A stretch of 64,000 nt of DNA from Balanoglossus misakiensis (lineage: Eukaryota; Animalia; Hemichordata): assembly GCA_040954595.2 (NCBI GenBank), contig CM082585.2:3006902-3070901 (forward strand). The letters are read 5' to 3'. This document shows, piece after piece, positions 38,901 through 49,807 of the stretch (positions are counted from its first letter, which is position 1; each line of letters opens with the position of its first letter). The notes under the pieces were generated by a model. The model did not search any database, was not told where the DNA came from, and worked only from the letters and a program-made list of their open reading frames with translations. Made by a program: the position numbers and the translations under genes.

Positions 38901-39210
38901 TCATAATTTGCGCGTCTTCGAAAACAACTTGTCTGGCGTATGTGCAGACACAGGTGGTGATGCCGTCAGCGGAGATAACGGCTTATTCCTCCTGGTGGAA
39001 TTATCTATCGCCTTTATGCTGGAAAAACAACCGTCAGACGTTCCCTGATATTCCTTGTTGATATATGAGTGGACGGTGAATTATAAAGGATGCTTTGAAA
39101 GTGCATATTCTCAGCTGCATGGTGGTGCCGAGCAGACGTTGAAAGAATTATAGTCTTTAGAATATGGCAAAACTGCACGGTAACAGAGGTGATTATTTCT
39201 TTGATGATTA
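35949..39210. repeat. Local tandem segmental duplication (about 35949-37380 vs 37881-39210) with an internal micro-inversion
   Basis: Both copies begin TTAATGCATTACAACCGCTGTGTTAG. 36520-37380 matches 38430-39210. About 36270-36470 is the reverse complement of about 37995-38192. Confidence 0.85.
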
Positions 39211-39311
39211 CACTGTGTGTTGTGTTATGTTTAAAAAGGATGGCACAAATCATTTCTTGCCGAATTTTCAAAACCTTAACTTGCACGTCCCTCGATTAAT
39301 GCTTATACCCC

Positions 39312-39420
39312 TATAAAATGGAATAACCCGCGGATAGCTCATATATGAAGGGACAGCTTGTCGACACGATTTCCAAACGAAATGAGCTTCGATAGCAGCC
39401 GGCAATAGCCACAAGTATTG
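39312..39420 (+). promoter_or_regulatory. Candidate TATA box and non-coding first exon of the deiodinase-like gene
   Basis: TATAAAA at 39312 and a consensus donor G|GTAAGT at 39420/39421. AG acceptors lie just upstream of the ATG at 41197. Inference only. Confidence 0.35.
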
Positions 39421-41196
39421 GTAAGTGCAACAGACAATCAACTTATTTTTTGCAAGTCATTGTCCAACGTGAATACATTGTGACGTTTCATACGGTGTGT
39501 CACGGGCGAATAAGCTTATGTTTATGACAAGAAAAGTAGTATGTGTGTTACCATGACGATGAAAAGATGCAACCTTTCTTGCGTTAATGATTTGAATGAA
39601 ACTTGATACACATACTGATCGAACTTATGTGATTTGATTAAAACACGATTAGTGTCAAAACATGTTAATTTGAGAGTGTACATGTAATGTCTTCTAGCTT
39701 TCATTGTCATAATTTAATTTGGTGTATTTAATCACTTCCATAAAATGTGTTGAAACATGCCTACAGTCACTGTAATTAGAAGATCGGAGGACTTTGATTG
39801 TGTCACTCATAAGGATTAACCCCATTCTCTCTCTGGCAACTCCTCGTTGCAAAACATGCATCCCCCTAACCTGCAGGACCTCTTAACCTGCAGTAGGCCG
39901 ACTTTCGTCTGTTATTTAATAATGGTTTGAAGCAATGGTACGGATCATGTACCTACAATTACCACAAAAGTACCAAGATGTAAAGTAAAGGTCATTTAGA
40001 GAACACGAAAGTGGCCGATTGAACTCGGTGCGCTCTATATTGTCGCGTCCGGAGTAAATAATTACAAACAATCACACAGTGACGCACACTCACACCACAG
40101 ACACACACACAAACGACTTGGCTTGCCTTAATGTAAGACTAAAATAAATAATATTGTTTAGCAGTATAAATGTATTTCCACAGCAGTAGGAAATAGTTCG
40201 CCCATATAATTTACAAATCAAGAAAATATCTAAACTCAGTTAATTTTTGCGTTAATTATCGGCCCTTTCCACATGTGGCACAAAATCAGGCGCAAATCTA
40301 TGACGATATCTAAGAAGCTAAAGGATCTGATATGATGTAGAAAAGAACAGAATTATTAGTCTGAATACCGAATAGAAAGTACACATTTAATATTTGACAA
40401 CGCGTCGTCACTAAACAACTTGACCTTCAGACAGGGCTTTGTAAGTGACCTTGGGGAGTGACTATGGTTAAAGCACATTTCAGTTTATTGGCGCGGGGGA
40501 AATAAAACAACTGGTCAGTTAATCCTCGTTCAGGAATTTGCTTGGCGGAAAGTAAAGGCAACGCAGTGGCCGTAAACTTTATGACCTCGTTCCCCCGACG
40601 CCAGAAGGTCATCCGAAGTGCCCAAAAAAGTCGTAAACCAATGGCCAGTTCATAATGGAAAGTGTGTGTTTTTCTGTTGCCCGGACTACAATCAGTCTTA
40701 ATTTAAATACTGTATGCCGCACGTGAAGAGCGTGTCTTTGTCTTCGAATGACCGTCCGGTGGCCCAGTTTTTTTATCGCATGACCACTACGCGAAAATCA
40801 GATTGGCTATAGATCTCCACCTTCCATGGTAACTGTGGGCCCTTTGCATAGGTGACCTAGTATCTGCAATGAACAAAGTAGAGTTGTTCATTTTCTACAT
40901 TTCCAATAGCACGTGTTGTTCCTTGACTACCGAAGTAAGAAAAAACTTGTCGAAGATTCTATTTTACCCATGTTCCGGGGCATAGTGTGGTAGATTTGCT
41001 AATGTCACGCGCTACTGCTGAACAAATCAAAATTTGCCACTTCGTTCAAGCTTTTTCACCAGCAGCAGATCGTACAGTTGTATTGGTGTGAAAAATTGTC
41101 ACACAATACTGTTTAAGCCTACCGACGCGAAAGTGTCGCAAATGTTATAATTGGTTTTGCATGTATTAGATTTTCACAGTCACACGCATACAGAAA

Positions 41197-44054
41197 ATGA
41201 GTGAGGTGGCCAGTGCATATCTGCACAACAGAGACCAGGCTATACCGATTATTAAACGCATTGTTGAAATCCTAATGAGCGGAGGTGGGCGGAAACACAC
41301 CGAGCTAGAAATGGACCCCTTTAAGACGTTGGCGGCAGACCACAGAAAGTCTGGTAGACATATCGTCCAAGCCGCTGAACGACAGGCCTTGCAAGAATAT
41401 GGCATTGATAGCGAGCATTCTGCGTACGTCGTGGGAGAGATTAAGGATATCTACCATGATGATCCCGAGGTAGGTTTGAGCTGTTGGAAGGAGGGATTAC
41501 GAGATAGAATGATAATAGCAACACGAACAAGGAAGGGTACATACAAGATATTTGTTTTACGTTTTGACTCAGTACTCAGACATATCGCAGCCAATACACA
41601 ATAATTTGTTATACGATTCAATAGCTATCAGACGTCATTTTGATACCGTTTGATATTTCTTGTCTTGAGGCATTTTTTCAGACATCGCTGAAACAATTTC
41701 GTGCAATATTTTCGCAACAAAGTGACATACAGTGACTACGCCACTTCCATTCGAACTCGGTTGTGATCTGCTACTGAATGTGCGTGTATCTTTGACGTTC
41801 AGCGCACATTACGCGTCGGTGAGGTCATGGAAACATGACGGCGTTTCACTCACTTAGAAAACTAATACTGATATGTTACTCGTCACTTGTATTCGGAAAG
41901 CAGACACTATGTTGAGTGTCACCAAAAATCATCAACATGTCACTAACAACTTTGAAATCAAACGTTTGAAACGCAAATCACTTGAGCGTCGTCATGAGAC
42001 ATGCCAGTTTTAAAATAAAGTGTTCTTTTATTCTTTTGTTGTTTTTGATCGTTTATAACTTTGATGTTTAACCCTGTTATCTTTTACTATAGCTTGATTA
42101 GCTTAGATATTGCCTAAGCTTAATATTTTACAAACACCCGGGGAGTCGCTAAGGTCAATGATTGTTAGTGTTCTTGTATGGACAATTCCGTCATCGACGT
42201 ATGGGTAACTCTTTGCCCTGACAAAATTTGCCAGCAAACTTAGAATCGTGAACAGAACCAAAATAAGCATACTACAATTATTCATCTTTTATTAGGCATA
42301 CGAATAGTAAGTTTTATTAATTTCAAAAATAAAAAAGTAGAAAACTTTAAATATGGGCATAAATAAAACGTCTTGGTGATATGTTATCATTCTTATGAAA
42401 GACTACTCAAAATAATGCGAAGAAGTGGCCACTTATAGATATTAAAACACCACGAGAAGCAGTTTATGTTACGGGCACATGTACGTTCTTGCGTATACAG
42501 GTATTGTGTCTGCTGGCACCCTTAGGTCGTGGGTCGTTGTCTCATCCGGGTACCAACAAAGTTGGAGAACTTGCCCCAGATGTTGAACTTGTAACCATGG
42601 ATATGGAATTAGTGTCACTATCTTCCTTGCAGAAGAACAGTCGCCCTTTGCTGTTAATGGCATCATCGTTTTCCTGACCTTTGCTGCGTGTAAGTTGACG
42701 AAACTATGAAATGATTTCGAGATACTTCGTACATGGTGGAGTTCAGTGCCAAGAAAGTACAATTTACCGAATCAAATATCTCTCTTGTTAATGGGACCAC
42801 CAGTCCAAAATTTACACAGTTAACATCGCTTAACAAATGATTGATAAATGTATGCATGATCGATTTTGGAACCATATGACAAAATATAATACACGAGATA
42901 ACACTAGAAATGACATCATGTAAGATATTTTATATGTTATATGGCACATGACTTTATGATATGTGTTACGATAGATTTGATGTGATATAATGTGAAATGT
43001 GGATTGATATGATGTGGCGTGGTGTGGTGTTGATATGGTATGGTATGGTATGGTATGGTATGGTATGGTATGGTATGGTATGGTACAGTGCGACGCGAAA
43101 TGCTCACAAATTTACAGGCCAGTTGATTATTCGTGACTTTCTTACTAGAGTAAATTGTCGAATTTGGCTTATAAATATCGTCTTAAATCAGGCATTGAAT
43201 TTATTCACAAGGTATATTTTTCACAAAAGTAACACCATTAATAAAGTGGCCAGTGAACGACACACTTGACGTTATTGTCCCGTTTCTCCCCAAACGACAG
43301 ACCATGGTCCACAGTGGTTCTATACGCCGTCTCTTTGATGACTACAGAGAACAACTGAATTTCCTATATGTGTATATTTTGGAAGCTCACCCTGTCGATG
43401 GATGGGGAATGGGATCATATTACAGCACTTTCAAAGATGCTACTAGAATTGAAGAGAGGATGGACGCTGCTCGGTAATTGTTCGTTTTTTTTTCAAATGG
43501 GGCAATTCAATTCAGAACAATATGTGTTCGGTCTGCATAGTCATCGTTCGTAACATTGGATTTGGGAGTGCTTTGAACCAGGCGTCAATCCGGACTTGAA
43601 TAACAATGCTGTATGCTACACTACAACGTGTTTATTAATTGAATATTGGGCAAAAGGACGGACACGTACCTCCTCGAAATAATTTGAACCTAGACTTATA
43701 GTACAAGCAAACGGTGTAAAGATTTAAGAAGTTTAATTTAATGGCCACATGTACCAGGACCGCATAACTACTACATTTATTATTTTCATTCACAGATCCC
43801 TGATAGACACCGATAAAGAGTACAAGACGTTCAGTGTAGATGTCAAAGGTCACGACAGAATACCAATTGTAGTGGATAACATGAAAAACGACTTCAACCG
43901 TACATATTCTGCCCAACCCAGCCGTATTTTCGTTGTTAAGGGTGGAAAATTCGCATACATGGGCGAAACAATCAACGAATTACTGCGAGCCAGTCAGAGG
44001 AAACTACCGAGCGAGACTGTCAGAGACTGGTTGGATGAATATTTAAATTATTAG
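41197..44054 (+). CDS. Iodothyronine deiodinase-like selenoprotein; coding exons 41197-41469, 42501-42689, 43301-43473, 43796-44054 (297 aa, Sec at TGA 42675-42677)
   Basis: All three GT-AG introns are phase-compatible (0,0,2). The spliced protein has GELAPD, RPLLLMASSFS-U-P, FLYVYILEAHPVDGW, EERMDAA and VVDNMKN...YSAQPSRIFVVKGGK, collinear with deiodinase motifs. A SECIS lies downstream. Confidence 0.88.
43035..43084. repeat. (ATGGT)n pentanucleotide microsatellite in deiodinase-like intron 2
   Basis: Directly visible. Confidence 0.9.
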
Positions 44055-44996
44055 TACGGCCGACAAATCATCGAAAAACGTGGCAGTACAATGTAAAAGA
44101 GGTCAAAGTATTACCTACAGAGTCTAACATCTGAAATATTAAAGTCATATTTTGTATTGTAGTTTGTTTTTTAATGTATATAGCTAATGTTTGTATCCCT
44201 ATATAACTACAACGATTGTGTAGAAAACACTAAAACCGTTTAGAATTACATGGAAAACGAGGTTTTCTGGAGCGGGCAAATTAAGTCGGGTTGAAAATGG
44301 TCACACGTTCAAGCACTGACTGCGCTGGTCCAGCCAATCTAAACAAAAGGAGAAGTCATGTGAGGCCGGAAGGCGTTTTCATGTCAAACACTCGCCTGAA
44401 GTAGTCAGATTCATTTGTAGGACTATAACTTGATTATTTCTCAGTCACATTTTATTCTAACCATGCAGCATTATTGACATTAATCCCACGTACAATCCAA
44501 GTTTGTCATTGCCGAATAGAAAAAAACGGGATGTAGTCTTAATGTTCCATTTGCCGACTGTGCGTAAAGGGGGACAACCCATCCAGGCAGATTCCGTGGC
44601 CGCTGGTGCGACCCAAAGCCTGTAAATATGACTAACGACAATACAGGACAACTTTGAATACACTGAGTTAAACTAGTAAAGATAATTATGCATTGGGAAT
44701 TGTTTGTATATACTCGTGTATATATAATCCTTGCAAGGAGAACAATAGTTTACAAGATTCCAATATTGGAAATTCTGCGCTAGGTTATCTACATAAAGTT
44801 CGTCAGTTTCACGGAACAATTTTAACCCGAGTTTTATAATCTTGTTTCTGAAATTCAAAGTTTGTTTATGCCTTTTACTGTAGTTACTACTGACTTGAAA
44901 ATAGATTGTGTGTTTAACATAGTCCCTCTATTACGTAGTAAGTAACATGATGTGATAGAGAGACAGTTGCCTAACTGATGATATGATCCAATAATA

Positions 44997-45062
44997 AAGT
45001 TGTCATGACAGCAGGGTGATAAATGCCACCATGGCGACCGCCTTGTCCGATATTCAAAACTT
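44997..45062 (+). promoter_or_regulatory. Type II SECIS element in the 3' UTR
   Basis: Helix I AAGTT/AACTT. Core ATGAC (45005) / CGAT (45048). Imperfect 11-nt helix II AGCAGGGTGAT/ACCGCCTTGTC. Unpaired AAA (45021-45023) and apical mini-stem TGCCA-cca-TGGCG. AATAAA follows at 45137. Confidence 0.85.
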
Positions 45063-45239
45063 GATATGGAGCATCATCAGATGATACAGAAAGGTGTGAC
45101 AAAGTGTAACACAGATTTTGAAATTATAATGTTATGAATAAAAGTAACAGGACAAATACTATTTTGAAGTACCAATTGGCTTATTTTGCTAAGTAGAAAA
45201 CAAAGGTGAAATACGTAGAAAAGGCCAAGAAAAACGTTT

Positions 45240-48200
45240 ATTACTAACGTACCAAGTTGCGTAAACGGGCCAATGCTTTTTGACATCGCTATATCAAGAG
45301 CACTTCGGCTATATGTGCGAGTCGAAGGTAGCACATGTGTGTTTAGATTATATTATTGGTATTCGTTGATGACCACTAGAAGATTATCTCCATTAGGGAA
45401 TGGACCACAAAAGTATATGAGTCTATGGATAGACGTTTCCAAGGACCGGAAGGTAATGTCGTCATTTTCAATGGCTCTGAGCTTGGTTTTGAACTGTGAT
45501 TGGCTGCTTGGCTCGTATGCATTTTGCTATCATTTCTTCAACCATGCTATCGATACCCGGAAACCATACTGTTTCTCGTAGCAACTGCTTTGTTTTCACA
45601 ACACCCTGGTGACCACTGTGTGCCAACTGTAGGGTTTTTCTCTGCAGTTTCTGAGGTAAGATCAACCTACTTCCTCTCAACAGTACTCCGTTGGCTACAG
45701 ATAGCTCTTCTTTGACAGACTTGTAGAGACTAACATTTGTGCTTGTGTCATACCACTGCTGCGTCATCACTGCTCGTGACAACTCTTGCAATGCTGCATC
45801 TTCGGCAGTCGCTGTCTGTACTTCTGTGAGGGTCATCGCATCTGGTACTGCATTCTCTGAGATGAAGTTGACATATGTATCAATTCTTGAGATTAGATCA
45901 CTGGATTTCGTCATGGCAGTCTCGGGATGTCTGTTCATGTAATCTGCAGGATTATCCTTACCAGGACGGTGGACCACTCTGAATTTGTATGGCTGAATAC
46001 GTAGACATGGACGATCAATTCTGGATGTTGATCTGCAGAGGGTTTGTTGAAAATTCCTCCCAAGGGTTTGTGATCAGTGACAACCGTGAAGGGAGAACCA
46101 TATAGGTACAAATGGAAGTGTTCTGCTGCCCATACGACTGCAAGTGCCTTTCTTTCAGTCTGGCTGTATCAGCTTTCTGCATCATTCAAAGCTCGACTTG
46201 CATAGGCAACTACGTTTTGTTTTCTTCCTGGTGTGTTCTGTGTCAATATGGCACCTAGACCAGTGGGACTTCCATCTACAATGGGTCCTGTGCCCAGATT
46301 GGGATCAAAGTATTTCATCACCTGGCAGCTGGCCATTGCATCTTTGAACATTTTGAACGATTTCTGCTGCTCTGGGCCCCATTGCCATTGTACACCTTGG
46401 TGGGTCAACTCACGCATTAGCTTTGATCTGGCCGCAAAGTTCTGTATGTATCATGACAAGTACTGCGCCATTCCTAGAAAACTTCTGTTGGATTTTGTGG
46501 CGGACTTGCATTCAGAAGCGCTTTCACTTTTGTCTCTTCTGCTGCAACATGATCTCCGGAGAAGTGGTTACCATAGAAACTGATCTCTGGCATGCTAAAC
46601 TCACACTTCCCTCCATTGGCTGTCGCATTGTGTCTTCTCAGACTTTCCAACACTGCTCTCAGATTAGCATCATGGTCTGCTTGTGGATTTTCTCCTTTTC
46701 CATAAACTATGATGTCATCAGAGATGTTTCTTGCATGAGGTACTAGTATATCTTGTAACGTATCAGCTACAGCCTTGTGATAGATTTCTGATGCTGAATT
46801 TATGCCAAAATTCAGTCTCTTGTAGCGGTATAGACCTACATGTGTAGCAAAGTTTTTAACGTAGTTATGTATCTGGAATCAGGATCTAAGTCTATCTGAT
46901 GGTAGCCTTTGTTCAGGTCTATTTTACTGAATACACTGGCTCCATTGAGATCCACAAGTAAATCATCGATTGTTGGCATTGGGTGTCTCTTCCTCTCTAT
47001 GGCAGTATTAGGAGCTCTCATGTCAACACATACGCGAATTCCTGTTTTCTTGGGTACCACAACTATTGGCAAAACCCATTGCGTGGCGCCCTCAGTTTTC
47101 TCTATGATGTCAAGCTGCTGTCGTTAGTCCAACTCTTGCTCGACCTTATCACGAATGTGAAATGGAACTCGTCGGTGCTGGGCTACCGGTTTCACAGTTG
47201 TATCAATGTGTAGCTTGGCCTGGACGGTGATTCATTCTGCCAATTCCATCAAATCGGTCGGAAAATTCATCCATCAGCTTCTCAACTGTAGGTGGCGCTG
47301 TATTTGGTGACACAGTGTTTACTATGTGAAGTAACCCTAGGCAGGTTGCTGTCTCATACCCTAGTAAATTTCCACTGGACCCTTTCACTACACAGAAACT
47401 GCTGTAACTGGACTTGTTTGTGACACTAGACTGTATACGTGTCTGTATTTCTCCCAGGATTAGTAGAAGTTTATTAGAACTGAATGCATATATTTTCTTT
47501 GACGTCTGCGAAATGAGTATATCCTTCATGGATTTGTAGGTTTTCTCATAAATGCCTGCACCAGAGTCAATCAAGCATTTCACTGTCTGGTCGCCGATTA
47601 TGACTGTAGAGTGAGGTGTATGCTTACTGTTGACTGGAGACAACATGATGAGGTAGACATACTTATCATCTGTTGATTCACCATTTGTTTCGTCTGCTTT
47701 GGACTCAACAGTTTCACTGCTTTCTGTGGCTTGCTTCTGCATACTTCGGAAAAGTGTCCGACTTTCGGGCATTTTCTGCAAGTTTGGTCTTTCGCTGGAC
47801 AAGAGCCTGTGTGTGGGAAATCACCTCCACACCTGTAGCAACTTTTATTTTCATTCCCCTTGGTTTGTTTCTGTTGCTGTGTTTTGCTTGAAGACTGTTT
47901 GGTTTTGAGTTTTAGTCTCTTCCATCTGTCACCGGTTTTGCTCATCTGGTTCACACTTTTGCTCTGAGCAAATCGGTCAGTGTTTTCAATACCCTTGGCC
48001 TGGCGTTCTGACACTTCAAAGGCTCGGCCTGTATCAAGGAGGTCTTTCAAAGAGAGATCTTCCCTGAGTACTCTTCGCCGTAGTTGTGACGATGAGCAGG
48101 ACGATACTATTTGTGACTTTATTTCTTCGCCTTCGTTTGGGAATTTACATGTCTGGGCTAATTGCCGTAGACGGGTGTACTGTAGCTGTCTAACGCTTCA

Positions 48201-48460
48201 CCTTGTTTTTGTGCTGTACTACTGAACACATAGACTTCAAATGCCTTATTTACCTTAGGCAGGAATAGTCATTCAGTGCTTGAACTACCTTGGTGTAATT
48301 TGTATCATCACCACGGTCTGGTAAAACATCAAAATTATCAGCCATATCCTCACCAGCTGTATATAAGAGGTGTGCACATAGTTTGTTTGCGATGAGAATG
48401 TATATTGCTGCACTGTACTTCTGCCCACCCTTCTGGCGTCGGTCCAACTATTGTTATCAG
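45240..48460 (-). mobile_element. Decayed Ty3/Gypsy LTR retrotransposon internal region (gag, protease, RT, RNase H, integrase N-terminus)
   Basis: Gag CYRCG..H..CPA knuckle; protease LIDSGA; RT VCVDMRAPN..FSKIDLNKGYHQI; RNase H VAYASRAL; integrase AHSGHQGVVKTKQLLRETVWFPG. Many stops and frameshifts; LTRs not identified. Confidence 0.88.
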
Positions 48461-49807
48461 CTTGCGTGACTTATTGACGTATCACTAAAATTAGCACAAC
48501 AGGAAATAGCAGTTATGTCCCACTTGAACTGAACCATCGAATTGTGCGTATATCGCAATAACCCTTTCGCCATAAGGAAAAGGGTGGGGTTAACCCCGAA
48601 TTGGAAGTGACAACCTTTATCGGAATCACACGTAAAGGTTTCATTTCCAAGCAAAAACGTTGGTTCGTTATCGACGATTCGAACGGAAGGCTTTTGTCTA
48701 CGATATGTATCAGGCCTGCTGGCAAAAACAAATTTTCTTGTAGTTACGTTTGCCGCCACAAATACAGGCAGAACACACTTTAAAGGCAACATTGGCACTG
48801 TTGCAGAGAAATCATATGAGATTTCAATTCTCATATCACGATTTCATTATGTCTACCTACACTACCATCGCATTAGTTCTGTATCAGACAAACGCCAGAT
48901 GGCACATCAGTGCTCAGTACTTAGGCCGAAATAGTTTTTTTTCAAACCAGATCGGGTGGTATTATTATCATGCAGTCGAAAGTATTTCAAGATGGCAGAT
49001 CTCTGTCACGTAAATTTGAGTTCGGAAGCCAAATTTATGCTATGTCATAGTGGTGTCTGCAGCACACGACGTAACAAAACGTGAAAGTTGAGCTTCTTCT
49101 GAATGCGCTGACTTCAAATACAGAACTTTAGACATAAATAAAGGTAAGATAGTATCTTTTCATATTCTTACTGCAGTGTCGTTATACCCAAAACGCAATA
49201 TTGTAATGCGTGCTGCCGCCACCCCTGCACCCCTAGCACGAAATAAAAGTAGGGAGAATTGATAAAATTTATGTTAACTTTCAAAGGTAGGAAGTTCATA
49301 CCGTTGGTATCCACAGAGACATCGTTTTATCCTGCACGACAGTGAACAAGAAAAGATTTCTTTATAAGTATTTTCAAGCTTTTCAATTTTATTCAAAGAA
49401 TAGTGCTTGAATTAGATAAGAAAATCTGGTCCAGATATTTCTCGCACACGGCATATTCCCCACAATGTCACACGAATAAACATAAGCGGAGACCTCTACT
49501 CTTAAGGAACTATATACATCCAATCACACTTCATTCGGCCATGTTCCAACCAATGGACAAACAGTGACGTCATCTCTATAAATGTCGCGTATCTAAGGAA
49601 GGTATATGAACAAAACGATGGAAAATTCTTATCATGTTTGCTGAAATTTCTTAGCCTGAAAGGTAATGTACTTGCGCACGTAAAAAAAACGTACATGTCT
49701 TATGAGTGTTTTGATCATATCATATGGAACTTGACATTGTGTGATTGTCACCTCATGAATTATCGTTCATTTTGGTTGATTGAACAGTGGGGCATGAAAT
49801 ACACACC

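Noticed and set aside
42489-42677. Deiodinase-like gene as a pseudogene with a premature stop
   Set aside because: The TGA is at the catalytic Sec column, the other exons are intact and in phase, and a SECIS is present.
44355-44405. Alternative SECIS candidate (GGAAGGCG...CGCCTGAA)
   Set aside because: Lacks the RUGA core and the AAA would be paired; the element at 44997-45062 fits far better.
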